Assembly: GCA_024682255.1 (NCBI GenBank)
Contig: GCA_024682255.1_4716.1
Length of the DNA: 64,000 nt
Origin: a phage
Direction: 5' to 3' (one strand)
This document shows positions 29,389 through 40,600 of this stretch, piece after piece. The notes under the pieces were generated by a model. It saw nothing but the letters and a program-made list of their open reading frames with translations. It was not told the DNA's origin and made no database searches. Position 1 is the stretch's first letter, and the number at the start of each line of letters is the position of its first letter. Position numbers and translations under genes: made by a program.

Positions 29389-30717
29389 TTACTGCTGTGC
29401 TGCGTCAGCCGGTTTCTCAGCCGCCTGGCCGCCGTACTCTTTCAGCATTTTAGCAACACCATCCAGGACAGCGTTACCTGCCTGAACACCGTATTTCATC
29501 AGACCAGTCTGCGGGTTCACGTAGCAGGAACGTGCGTCTTTCAGTGCAGACAGTACAGCTTGAACACGCTGTTTTTCCTGAGCGGAAACTTCGCCTTTCT
29601 TAGACAGATCGGCTTCCATATCGTCACCGAATTTAACAGCGTCTTTGAAGCCCTGGGATTTCTTACCGATGTTGCCTTTCAGCGCCAGCAGTTTGTCAGC
29701 CAGTACTTCAACACCGCTAACCGCAGCGGCCAGCTGATTCGGAGATAGAACTTTAGCCTCTTGCTGCAGCGCAGTAATGGCGTTAGCACCGCGTTCCCAG
29801 GTTACTTTCCCATCTGTGGTTTTGAATCCCCAATCGTTCGGACCTTTAACGTCAGCGATTGCTGGTGCGTTCAGTTTATCAGTGTATTCGGTGTGGGACT
29901 TAGATTTGACTAACCCAACGAATTTATCAGCACGATCGTCAGCAGCCTTCATTGCTTTCTCGAAGGTGTCAGTGATTTTAGTCGCCGCGGTAACCAGATC
30001 AAGGCCGCCGATATAACCTGTAGCGCTACCCAGTAAAACTTTATCGTTCTTCGGAGTACCTTTACGTTTGGCGATCATTTCTTTCAGTTTAGCAGCACGT
30101 GCTTTCAGTTTGGTCGCGCCGTCGAAGATACGATCCATGAACTTCACGAAGGTTTCCCAGGAAGTTTTCAGGAAGTTCTTGATGGTTGCCCACAGTTTCT
30201 GCCACCATTTTTGTTCTTCCAGGAAGATCATGTTGGTCGCATCGTAACGGGAAGCGGAACCACCGAAGCTTTCGAAGGACGGCATGGTTTCCGGCATTTT
30301 GAAACCGATAGTACCACACAGACGTTTCAGATTACGCATGTGTTCCTGAGCGGTCTGTGCAGACATACCGCCGTCTTTCAGGTAGCTTTCGGTTGCAACA
30401 ACGGTTTCCGTCAGTTCGTCCATGGCTTCATCCATGGCTTCTGCGGTTTCGTCGTCTTTTGCAATTTCGATAACAACAGCATCAACCTGCTCGATATCAC
30501 CACGAACTTCGATAGCCAGTTCGGTTTCAGCTGCGGTATCTTCAGCGATTTCAGCACGTTCGGTCAGCTCAGCCACAACGGTTTCATCCGCTGGTGCAGC
30601 ATCAGCTGCCGGTTCTGCTTCAACGGTTGCCGCTGCATCCGGATCGATCTCAGCAGCCAGTTGAACCAGCTGTGCGTTAGATGGATTTGCGACAAGACGA
30701 TCAAAAATAGAAGGCAT
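29389..30717 (-). CDS. hypothetical highly expressed protein (442 aa), possibly related to the paralog family
   Basis: ATG at 30717 with AAGGAAA upstream; strong codon bias; acidic Ala/Glu-rich N-terminal region. Confidence 0.75.
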   Translation of the reverse strand: MPSIFDRLVANPSNAQLVQLAAEIDPDAAATVEAEPAADAAPADETVVAELTERAEIAEDTAAETELAIEVRGDIEQVDAVVIEIAKDDETAEAMDEAMDELTETVVATESYLKDGGMSAQTAQEHMRNLKRLCGTIGFKMPETMPSFESFGGSASRYDATNMIFLEEQKWWQKLWATIKNFLKTSWETFVKFMDRIFDGATKLKARAAKLKEMIAKRKGTPKNDKVLLGSATGYIGGLDLVTAATKITDTFEKAMKAADDRADKFVGLVKSKSHTEYTDKLNAPAIADVKGPNDWGFKTTDGKVTWERGANAITALQQEAKVLSPNQLAAAVSGVEVLADKLLALKGNIGKKSQGFKDAVKFGDDMEADLSKKGEVSAQEKQRVQAVLSALKDARSCYVNPQTGLMKYGVQAGNAVLDGVAKMLKEYGGQAAEKPADAAQQ

Positions 30718-30781
30718 AATTTGTTTCCTTTACAATAAATTGCACATTAGCTAATGTGGCTTAAGCGAACCGTTAGTCCAC

Positions 30782-31312
30782 TTAAAAGCCCTTAAAACCC
30801 GGTGCCATAGGTTGCCCAAACACCGCATTCAAAGTACATATGATGTCTTGGATGCCATTGTCCCAATGGAGCCAAGTACGCACCATCTCTTCGTCTGACA
30901 ACGTGATATAACTCATAAGTTTACCGCTGCTTTCCAGACGTTGGTGCGAACTTAACGACTGACGATCTGACCAGTTATCAATCAATTGACCCGCAATCTG
31001 AACGTTCGTGTCTCGTCTACCCGTGTGAATGAACCGTAGTGTATCACGGATAAACTCCAGACTGGTGAAGTTCAGATTTGGGTTATGGCTGTTCATTTCC
31101 ACCCAATCGGTGATAGGGTACATCAAACGATAAAGGGTAGAAAGAACCTGACGTTCATATTTCCAGTCATCGAGAGGAGTACCGTCGACCAGACGCTGAT
31201 ACAAACTAACAACGTCACGATCGTAGTTCTCCTGACGTTTTACACCGTTAACCGGGAATCCAAAGAACCCGGTACCGTATAACGTTAAAGGGACGTCACG
31301 AAGTGCATTCAT
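30782..31312 (-). CDS. hypothetical protein (176 aa)
   Basis: ATG at 31312 overlapping the upstream stop. Confidence 0.7.
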   Translation of the reverse strand: MNALRDVPLTLYGTGFFGFPVNGVKRQENYDRDVVSLYQRLVDGTPLDDWKYERQVLSTLYRLMYPITDWVEMNSHNPNLNFTSLEFIRDTLRFIHTGRRDTNVQIAGQLIDNWSDRQSLSSHQRLESSGKLMSYITLSDEEMVRTWLHWDNGIQDIICTLNAVFGQPMAPGFKGF

Positions 31313-32211
31313 ACAGCCGCCTCTTCTTGTCGTTTAATATCATAACGAAGTTTCTTCAGTCGCTCTTCGTGATATTCGATCTGCTGCTGGATTTTTGGAT
31401 CGTTGCCTGCATTCTGCTGTTTTTGCTTCAGTGACAAAATCCAATATTCCAACGCTTGGGCTTCTTCTTTGGCTGCTTGTAACGACGCTTCTTCACGTTC
31501 GCTGCGCCAGATACGGAAACGGTAAACAAGCGTGTCGGTTACATCACCGTTAGCCCACGAGCCCAGACGCATCGGGTCGGTATTACCCGCATTGTACAGT
31601 CCGTTACCAACACCGTCTTCATCAGAAACCACAACATCCGGGATTTTATCCAACCCCGCAAGGATCTGTTGTTTCTGTCCGCACAGCACTTCGGTGGCGA
31701 CAGCAAAACCGTACATGTTGGCGGTCAGGTAAGCGATCTCGTTTTTAGTGAAGAATTCACCAAGCGCTTTATCACCACCCGGCATGCTTTCGCAGATGAC
31801 TGCTGCACGAAGCAGTGTGCGAGAATAGCTAACGTAGAAGCCCAGTGCTTCAACAAGACGTACCAGAGCGGCTTCTTTGAAACTTAGACCGTCGGCAGCA
31901 ACATCGATTTCCAGGTTTTTGTTAACACGTTTAACGATTTCTGGAATCAGGTCAACAGCATTACGTAGCGCTAAGTGAACGTTTTCTACCCAGCTTCCAG
32001 AGCGAACGCGGGTTAAACGCTGGTGCAGATCCTTATCAGCAAGTTTCCATAAGGCGCTTTCACCCTTTTGGAGAAGCGAAGCGGATGTCTCGTAGTAAGG
32101 AATCGCGGTGTTGTTGATTTCGTCACGGATTGATTCAAGTGCGTCAGCAACACCGGTGCGTTTAAAAAGCGGCTTCAAACCGCGAATGAATTCTTTAAAA
32201 TCGATTGCCAT
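31309..32211 (-). CDS. hypothetical protein (300 aa)
   Basis: ATG at 32211. Confidence 0.75.
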   Translation of the reverse strand: MAIDFKEFIRGLKPLFKRTGVADALESIRDEINNTAIPYYETSASLLQKGESALWKLADKDLHQRLTRVRSGSWVENVHLALRNAVDLIPEIVKRVNKNLEIDVAADGLSFKEAALVRLVEALGFYVSYSRTLLRAAVICESMPGGDKALGEFFTKNEIAYLTANMYGFAVATEVLCGQKQQILAGLDKIPDVVVSDEDGVGNGLYNAGNTDPMRLGSWANGDVTDTLVYRFRIWRSEREEASLQAAKEEAQALEYWILSLKQKQQNAGNDPKIQQQIEYHEERLKKLRYDIKRQEEAAV

Positions 32212-32250
32212 GAGTGAGCACCTATGCTATTTCGAAACAGGTTGCGTGTA

Positions 32251-33357
32251 TTAACGAATCTGTGGGACGTTTCCGGTACGGAGCGCCTGGAGGATCGTCA
32301 GAAGATCGGAACCCGAGGTTGACGAACTGTTGGATTTTTCCAGTTGCTTGAAGCTTACGGTGGTCCCTTGATCCAAGCTGTGGAAATAGAAGGTCACCAT
32401 CTCTTCAGCTTCGTCGATGATGATCAACTGCATTGCGAGGGCTTCAGCCATGACTTTCTGACGTGTGGTATAGTCAGATAAACGACGTCCGATCTTACGC
32501 TCGATGGCTTCCTGGTTAGCCTTAGAGATGATATAGGTGGAGGCGATGGCTCCAGAAGAAGGGATCTTTGTGCTCGCTGCAGCTTTTGCGGCATTGATGC
32601 GTGCAGCATTAACAGCCTTGCGGATACCCTCTTTATCCATGCGTGAGATTTGTTTGTGTTCGCGAACCAGATCGCTAAGCAGGATCATATCGCTCCAGAA
32701 AGACAGCTCACCGGCCATCATGCGATGCCAACGTGCTCGCCAGGTGTTCTGTGGACCACCGATCGCTAAAATCGACGCAAGCACTTCCGCTGGTGAACTT
32801 GCGATACGCATGCTGATATTCAGCGGCATTTTCATCGTTGCTTGACCATCGGTCAGCGTCACGGTTAAGAACTTGCCGGTGACCGCGTTCGCATCTTTGT
32901 TCAGCAATTCGATCGCAGCGTCGCTGGCTCCAACATCGGCGATATTTTTTTGTTTCCCCTGCAGGTTGAATCCTTTGTCATCAAGGAAAACAAGGCTTTT
33001 GCTATCCGCGCTTTCCAGCGCTAATTTAACAGCCTTATCCATCAGGTTAACGTTACGGTTTGGGTTCACACGACCCAGCGTTTTATCGACACTGATATTA
33101 CCCACCTGCATGATGGTGTTCAACGCCAGTAAATAGAACCCGGTATACATGTTTTCAGCGGTGCGCATGCAGTTGCCTAACGCATTGCGTGCGTCGCTAT
33201 AATACAACTCACGTTCAAAGATCAACGGCGCGATAACGCGTGAAGGTTGTGAGAGTTCAACCAGCGAACCTGGTTGGATAAGTTTATTAACTTCGTAGAC
33301 TTTAGCGATACCGGACGCAACAACGTTAACAGCGTCGGCAATTTCTGATGCTACCAT
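32251..33357 (-). CDS. hypothetical protein (368 aa)
   Basis: ATG at 33357 with AAGGAT upstream; divergent from the plus-strand gene at 33392. Confidence 0.8.
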   Translation of the reverse strand: MVASEIADAVNVVASGIAKVYEVNKLIQPGSLVELSQPSRVIAPLIFERELYYSDARNALGNCMRTAENMYTGFYLLALNTIMQVGNISVDKTLGRVNPNRNVNLMDKAVKLALESADSKSLVFLDDKGFNLQGKQKNIADVGASDAAIELLNKDANAVTGKFLTVTLTDGQATMKMPLNISMRIASSPAEVLASILAIGGPQNTWRARWHRMMAGELSFWSDMILLSDLVREHKQISRMDKEGIRKAVNAARINAAKAAASTKIPSSGAIASTYIISKANQEAIERKIGRRLSDYTTRQKVMAEALAMQLIIIDEAEEMVTFYFHSLDQGTTVSFKQLEKSNSSSTSGSDLLTILQALRTGNVPQIR

Positions 33358-33391
33358 ATTGAAATCCTTATTTACAAATAAAGGAAAGAAA

Positions 33392-34597
33392 ATGTCTAAT
33401 TACTACGACCAAGCTATTCAAACCATTCAGGAGAATAATGCGTCGTTAACACCCGAAGCTGTGGAGGCAGCGGGCAATGCGGTGTTATTCACTGATTCGG
33501 ATTGGGCAATAGCGCGGAAGAATATTCGTACCAGTGTCGGTCAAGGGACATACGAGGACAGTATCGCCAGACGGTATCGGAATGTGTCACCTATTCCAGG
33601 GAACAGCCCGATTCCGATTAACCGCGATCATGCCGGTATTACCTTCTTTACACGACCTAATTTACATCTTACCGACGCGAACTTAAAACGAGATCGACGT
33701 TTGTGGTCGTTACGCACGGATAACCCTAACAGTATTCAGGCTGTTGTCCGCGACTACTTGGACCCTGTGGGTGCCAGAAAGCGGAACCATCGAGGACGTG
33801 CCATCGTCGATGAGCGCAATCCATTCATAAGTATACTGACGGACAACCTGACGGATATCAGCGGTTTCAATGACATGGAAATGCAGGTCTATCAAGGCAA
33901 ACCGGGATTACGCCAAGAAACCGTTGTGATGGCTGACGGCTCAGTGGATATGTTTCAACCCTATAACCTGAACGCGACGTTCAAGAACATCATGGGTAAC
34001 CCCATCATGTTCCTTCATTATATTTGGTTGATTTACATCGCTGGTGTGCATAATGGCGAACTGACGCCAAGCCCTCAGGCCATCATTGATAATGAAATGG
34101 ATTACTGGACAAGATGTTATCGCATCATCCTGGATCCAACTGGGATGTATGTTCGTTATATCTTCGCACCGACCGCGATGTTTCCTGTCGGGTTACCGAT
34201 CGGTAATATGGCCAACTACAGCATCGATAAACCCTTCACGCAAGATAACGAACGTATCACTATCCCATACCAAGCGGTTGGTAACAACGCATTCGATGAA
34301 ATTCTGAAGGATGAATTCAATCGCCTTGTCCTGATGTTCTATTACGGTGAGAACGATACCCGTACGTTCCTTGAAGATGAGGAGTTGGTACCTATCTCAC
34401 CCTATGAGCGTCGAATCATGTCATATCGTGTCGATATGTATCCATTTATTCATCCGTTGACCTCAGAGCTTCTTTGGTTCGTACCCGCTGATGATTACAA
34501 CGAATTCTATCTGGATCTTGAGCCGTCGGCGTTACCACCGGATACGTTCAGTCGCGATCTTGTCCGAACCACCATTCCGCAAAATTACGAGGGATAA
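33392..34597 (+). CDS. hypothetical protein (401 aa)
   Basis: The track's start at 33359 is TTG; the ATG at 33392 (MSNYYDQ) with AAGGAAAGAAA upstream is used. Confidence 0.75.
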   Translation: MSNYYDQAIQTIQENNASLTPEAVEAAGNAVLFTDSDWAIARKNIRTSVGQGTYEDSIARRYRNVSPIPGNSPIPINRDHAGITFFTRPNLHLTDANLKRDRRLWSLRTDNPNSIQAVVRDYLDPVGARKRNHRGRAIVDERNPFISILTDNLTDISGFNDMEMQVYQGKPGLRQETVVMADGSVDMFQPYNLNATFKNIMGNPIMFLHYIWLIYIAGVHNGELTPSPQAIIDNEMDYWTRCYRIILDPTGMYVRYIFAPTAMFPVGLPIGNMANYSIDKPFTQDNERITIPYQAVGNNAFDEILKDEFNRLVLMFYYGENDTRTFLEDEELVPISPYERRIMSYRVDMYPFIHPLTSELLWFVPADDYNEFYLDLEPSALPPDTFSRDLVRTTIPQNYEG

Positions 34598-34600
34598 TAA

Positions 34601-37594
34601 ATGAGCGTAACCAACAAAGATCTTGCTGAACAGCTCAATCGCTATATGCTTTCACCTATTGAAATGCAGGCTGTTGCAAGCGATATGATCCGTTTGGCCT
34701 CTGATGGCGAGTTAACCCTGGTTGACCCCAGCTGTCCGTTTGTTTATCTGCTGGAGGTTGCAACAGCAACGGCTGCGAACCAGAACGCGCGGGATGAGTC
34801 CCGTGTTCGCGAACTGTATCCGAAGCTTGCAACGAACTGGAACCAGCTCTATCGTTGGATGTATGATGAGTCGTACGTCGGACGTTTCGCAATGCCGGGT
34901 AAAACGGAAATCATTTATTCGTTAGGGTATCAGGAAATCCTCGATCGTGCGGTAGAAATTCCAAACAACGCCACCTCCGATGATTTAAGCCGTTCTTACA
35001 GCCGTAAGTTAGTGATACCACGTACGACGGCGTTTACGGTAGCCGGAATGGATTTCGGATTGCATTATCCCATCGAAATCCAGGTGCAAGCGCACGACCA
35101 GATCCGTGTCGTTTATAACACTGATAACATCAGCCCGCTGCAAACCTTGGAGAGTAACCAAGTTGAGTACGGGGTTGTTCGTGTAAAAGCGGGTAAAGTG
35201 TTGGTGATGCGTATCCCGCTGTTCCAGTTTAAAACGCTGGTAAAAGATGTACCGTTTAACAGCGTTCACGGGATGAACAGCAGCATTACCTTCGAAGATC
35301 AGTTTTACCACTGTCGTGCGTACATGTCGTCGGATAACGATACCTGGACGGAGATAGCGACAACACACAGTCAGCAGATCTACGATCCGTTAACACCAAC
35401 TATCGCGTTACAAGTAGAAGGGAACAAACTTAACTGGCGTGTTCCTGAAATTTATTTGTCTCAAGGTACGATGGATAAAAGCACCATTCGACTCGAGGTG
35501 TTGACGACGAAAGGGAAAATCAGCGTCGACCCGTCTGATTACGACGTGACCGATTGGAAAGATAACTACATCGATTTGTCACCAAAAGCCGAACAGAAAT
35601 ACAGTGCTCCACTAAGCGCGTTCAACATTAAAGGGATTTATAGCGAAGGGGCATTGTCGGGTGGACGATCTGCGTTAACGTTCGAGGAACAACGTGAACG
35701 TGTTATGGCGGGCGTGAACAAAACCAAGGTGCCGATCACAGGAACGCAGGTAGAGCTGGTGCTTCAAGATGCGGGTTATGGGATGGTGACCACCATCGAT
35801 AACGTAACCAATCGTTCGTTCCTGGCAACCCGAGATTTACCGCAATTGAGCGACAGCGTGCCGCAAGCCGGTTCGTTGATGGGGTCTTTCTATACGTCAG
35901 CTGCAGCATTGGTGAAAAGTAAGTTTGTCGCTGATAACGGCGATCGTATTACGATTAAACCGGATTGCTTGTATCGTGACAGTAACGGAAGTATCGCACT
36001 GTTGTCGGACGATGAAATTGACCGTATTAATGCAGGCAACTCCGATGCGAAGTTGAACGCGGTAAACAACGCCATGTTGTTTTACAGTCCGTTTCATTAC
36101 GTATTAGACGCAACAAGCGATTTCGACATCCATGCTTATTACCTGGATGCCCCTAAGATCGGCACACAAGCATTCCTCGACGCGAACGAGACAATCCCGT
36201 TAACCGCTATGGTGACCGGATACCGTCTGGATCGTATCGCTGAAGGATATCGTCTAAGCCTCATTGTAGAAGGTAACGACGCATGGAAGGCGCTCGACGA
36301 TAAAAACGTGCATATCCAGCTGGGGTTCAATCCGCGGGGTGAGGGTGATTATGCGACGATGTTGGCGTCACCGACAACCGATGAACAAGGTCGTCGTTTG
36401 TTCACCTTCGATATCACCACGAATTATGATTTTACGCGGATCCTGGCCGATGATTCCACGGCGTATGAACCGTATATCGCATTGACCTCTTTCTCGATGT
36501 ATGAATCGACACCGCGGGATTATTGGGCATCACTGCAGCAGTACCTGGAAATATTCCATGTGGTGACGGATTACGCACCGGAAGATGTCGACGGTATTTT
36601 ACACAGTGCTTCCGATAATTACCTGGTTAAGAAACTCACGCTTCAAAATGGGTATTGTTTCTACCGTGAACGTCTCACCGCAACCTTTGGTTATGATCTG
36701 GACGGTCTTTGGATGCGCTCTCGTACGGTGGCCTCGGAGATTACGTATAAACGTTACACCGAGAACATCCCGTGGGTGTATGATGAAGATATTCCAGCGA
36801 CGGATGAGACCGGTTCGGTTATCATCGAGCAAGGTGATGATGGTACGTTGTCGGTTAAATATCTACATCGTAAAGGTGACCCGAAATTAAACAGTGATGG
36901 AAGCCAAGCCTATCGTTATCTGAAAGGCGACATCATGAAAGATAATTACGGTAATCCGATCCCTGTCGATGAACGTGAAGTTCTGCGTAACCTGGACATG
37001 TTCTTTATTGATGCGTCGTATCTGCTCGCGAACGATACGGACGTGATTGACTATCGTAACACGATTCCTACTCAGCTTATCGAGTGGATCCAGAACGATA
37101 TCAGCACGTTCAAGAATTTCTGTTATGAGGAAACAGCGATTTCACTGTATCCTAAGCAATCGCTGGGGTATGTGGATGTTATTGTGGAAAACGGATTGGA
37201 AACAACGCTTCCTGCTGCCTTATCGTTCAACGTGACGCTTTACTTACCGGCTAAGCAATACGCAGACTTGGATCTACGTCAAGTCCTTCAAGCGATGGTA
37301 TCGAAAGTCATCAATGAATGTTTAACATCCCGTACAGTGGCTAAAGCAGAAATGATCGCGATGATTCGTGAGGAGGGTGGCGACGACATCCTGAACGTTG
37401 AAATCGATGATTTTGGACCAGGTAAGAACCTCAGTGTTTATACCGCGAAGAACGATGGTGTTCGTTGTGCGGTGAAGAAAGAGCTTTATGTTAAAGCGGA
37501 TGGTATCTTGTCCGTACGCGAAGCGATTGATGTGAATTTTGTGAAACACGCACAAAGCAACAGTTCAGCGCTAGCGGAAGGCCTTCGTGTCTAA
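34601..37594 (+). CDS. hypothetical large protein (997 aa), probably structural
   Basis: ATG at 34601 with GAGGGATAATAA upstream; 4 bp after the previous stop. Confidence 0.8.
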   Translation: MSVTNKDLAEQLNRYMLSPIEMQAVASDMIRLASDGELTLVDPSCPFVYLLEVATATAANQNARDESRVRELYPKLATNWNQLYRWMYDESYVGRFAMPGKTEIIYSLGYQEILDRAVEIPNNATSDDLSRSYSRKLVIPRTTAFTVAGMDFGLHYPIEIQVQAHDQIRVVYNTDNISPLQTLESNQVEYGVVRVKAGKVLVMRIPLFQFKTLVKDVPFNSVHGMNSSITFEDQFYHCRAYMSSDNDTWTEIATTHSQQIYDPLTPTIALQVEGNKLNWRVPEIYLSQGTMDKSTIRLEVLTTKGKISVDPSDYDVTDWKDNYIDLSPKAEQKYSAPLSAFNIKGIYSEGALSGGRSALTFEEQRERVMAGVNKTKVPITGTQVELVLQDAGYGMVTTIDNVTNRSFLATRDLPQLSDSVPQAGSLMGSFYTSAAALVKSKFVADNGDRITIKPDCLYRDSNGSIALLSDDEIDRINAGNSDAKLNAVNNAMLFYSPFHYVLDATSDFDIHAYYLDAPKIGTQAFLDANETIPLTAMVTGYRLDRIAEGYRLSLIVEGNDAWKALDDKNVHIQLGFNPRGEGDYATMLASPTTDEQGRRLFTFDITTNYDFTRILADDSTAYEPYIALTSFSMYESTPRDYWASLQQYLEIFHVVTDYAPEDVDGILHSASDNYLVKKLTLQNGYCFYRERLTATFGYDLDGLWMRSRTVASEITYKRYTENIPWVYDEDIPATDETGSVIIEQGDDGTLSVKYLHRKGDPKLNSDGSQAYRYLKGDIMKDNYGNPIPVDEREVLRNLDMFFIDASYLLANDTDVIDYRNTIPTQLIEWIQNDISTFKNFCYEETAISLYPKQSLGYVDVIVENGLETTLPAALSFNVTLYLPAKQYADLDLRQVLQAMVSKVINECLTSRTVAKAEMIAMIREEGGDDILNVEIDDFGPGKNLSVYTAKNDGVRCAVKKELYVKADGILSVREAIDVNFVKHAQSNSSALAEGLRV

Positions 37595-37616
37595 AACAAA
37601 ATAGCATGAGCATAAC

Positions 37617-37648
37617 CCTCCTCCAACCCAACAGGGAAGGAGGAGGGA
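37617..37648. terminator. Bidirectional hairpin between convergent genes (ccctcctcc variant)
   Basis: Lies between the plus-strand stop at 37594 and the minus-strand stop at 37657. Confidence 0.6.
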
Positions 37649-37656
37649 ATATGCTG

Positions 37657-40600
37657 TTATCTTACGTTATTGCTATTCTGCTGTTCGCTGAACCAACCAT
37701 ACACCTTGAGATCGGTACCGTATTTCAATGCGATATACGCATTCAGCGCAGCACAGAACAAAGACGCGAATGCCCATATCAGCGAAGGATCAACATCTTC
37801 CGTTACCACCTGGAGAGTATTATCCGGTTCCCATGATGGAGAACTGTCCATGAACGTTGCGTACCATCCCCGCCGTTGTTCTTCGGTGGTAAAGTCGCTA
37901 TGAGGTTCCAACGCTTCTTTTGCCAGACGTCGATATTCGAACATATGCGTTGCTAAAGCCGATGAGTTACCAGATTCGCCTTCATAGTTCGGATCCACCG
38001 CATAACAGAGTTCTGTTGAATCTAACAAAGCAACCGCCTGTGTGATGCTGTCGGCAGTACCTGCACCATAGAGCTCGATAGACCGCGAAAGCTTTTCACA
38101 GAACGTATTTAACGCGGCAGGATTGGACACCTGAAGGTCAAGGCCTAATGTCCACGGATAGTTACTGAACACACCCGTGAACCGCGGCATAACACCCAAC
38201 AGATGCTGACCGATTACGGCACGGTTATAAACAGCCCGGTTATAGACTTGAAACGCAGCCTCCAAGGCTTGGTTATAATGACGACGAAGTTCATCACGTG
38301 AGTTGCGGAATCTGTTTGCCGCAAGACTCGTGGCTGCGACGCTACAAACATCGTAATTGGTGGACGAAAGCACAACCTCGTTAAGATCGAACGCTTCCTG
38401 TTTCAATGTTCCGCTAACAGCCGCCGCTTCGCTGTTCGCTTTATCGACAACAGTACTCAAGGCGTTGATGTAACGTTTAGCTCGGACTTCCAGCCACTGT
38501 GCGATGCCGAGAATATCCACCGCAGCTTTAGCAAGATCGCGTGCATTCACGATTTCGTTCTTCAACGCCCCTAAACCTTTATTCTCAGGCGAAGAGGCTT
38601 GTTGGCGAATCATGCTGTTCAACATGGTAAGCAGATTATCCAACTCATGTCCACTGACCTTGTTACGCGCATCGGTAATCGGCCCTTGCAGGAATTTACG
38701 GCAACCGTCGTTGTATCGAATCAGTTTATCCACATCGATAGATTCGTTCGTGGATTCCTTGAACTGATCCTTCAATTCTTCACGGTAGTCGTGGATTTCA
38801 CTTGCGAGATTGTCGATAGTGATACCATCATGTCCAAGAAGAACTTTATCGAAGTTACCTTTCTCGAATGCCAGAGCAAGACCTTCACGAATCTTAGCGA
38901 GTTTATCTTGATCGAGTTCACGCCCGTTCGATAGCTCTTTCACTTCCGAACTGATTAGTGCCGCAACGTTACCCAGATTGTCGGTAACGCCTTTGAACGC
39001 TCCCGACCAGATCGTTCCTGCTTCAGCGTATTTCGCAATGGTCTGAATACCGACGGTGTGCAACGACGCTAAACGTTTCTTCGTGCCTTCGGTAAGCAGA
39101 GCGTCTTTAGCTCGTGTAAGCTGACTGTTATTGGCTTCCGCCTGCTGAATCGCTGCTTTCGCACTTCCATTACGCCAGCTCTTAACCAGCCAATCGACCA
39201 AACGTTTTAGAATGTTGACGGTGTATTCCATCGTCCGCCGTAACGTTTCCCACGCGCTTTCTGCGGTATAGATGCCGTACCCTTCCATCTTCAACGCTTT
39301 CAAGCTTGTTTGACGTGCCAACCATTCTACCGTTGCAGAACAAACGTTTACTAATGCTTCTAGGTAGTTGTAATAGACGTCTGTTGCAGCCGTTTCGTTG
39401 AGCTTTGAATGCAGATAAAACTGATCGTAAAGTTCGTCGTCATCGCCGAAGGCATCGTAGTTCCACAGCTCAGTATCGCAGCCTGTGCCGCAGAAGACGT
39501 CTGCTGTTGTAAACTCTTTAAGCGCTTTAGCCGCATCATTCGTCAGGAATTTACCTGTTTCAACTACATCATCGACGTTAAGCTTGGGGAGTTCATCGGT
39601 AACTGGCTCTTGCAACATTAACGTGTTGAAGAATGCGCTGTACTTGTATCCGAGCCATTTTGGATAACTGCTTTCAGGTATCGTAGACAACGGCTTGATT
39701 TTCTTGGCTTCAGCCAGCGTGTCTTTTGCAACCTGATATTGGTTTTCCCCAGCCTTGATGCGTCGTAACGCTTTTTCTTCCAACTGCTGGAGTTTGGCAT
39801 GCCGTGCTTGTGCTGGAGCTTCAACGAGTTTTTGTACCGACTGCATTGCTGAAATCGCTTCTTTTAATACGATCATCGGCATACGAACTTTGCCGTCGTC
39901 AAAACTAAGAGCACGAGCGACACGCTTACTTACGACAGGTTTGTCGTGGATATTTCGTTCCACCCACGATTTGTTTGCGTAAGTTTGAGCGATTTGCTGT
40001 TGGATATTTTCAAGGTATTTCCAGCTTTTGGATGCCTTGCTATCCAAAAGCGGATTCGGTCCCTTCTTATCGAAAAGTTTCAGAATCGGATCAAAGAAAC
40101 CTTCCTGTACAAGATCGATACGTGTATATCCGTCAGCCGCTTCGATTTCTTCTTGGGTTTTATCCCAAAGCTCTTCGCTACGGATAGCAGTAGCGGTTTC
40201 AGATACCGACATAACAAGCTCAGCAACAGCTTCAGCGTAAGTCAGTACGGTACGCACACATTGCACTAACATGCGCTGGTAAACGATACGTGCGTTTTGC
40301 AGACGTGCGATAACCGCTAAATATCCGATGTTGTCAAGATTTTCATCGGCTTGAGCGGATTCAACGCGTTCTAACAGTTGTTTAACTAGCGCCGCTGTTT
40401 CTGGGTAATCGTTCACGACGTCACGCATGATTCGTGATGCGAAAACCGCGGTACCTAAAACGGTGAGAAGTGTTTTACCGTCCCATTCTTTCGGTGCTGC
40501 TACCGATTCAGTAGGGATGAGATTTCCCGCTTGGTCGAAGTACGGCATAAGGACATTGATATCAGTCGACGGAACAGCAGTAACTGCGTTGTACTCTTCA

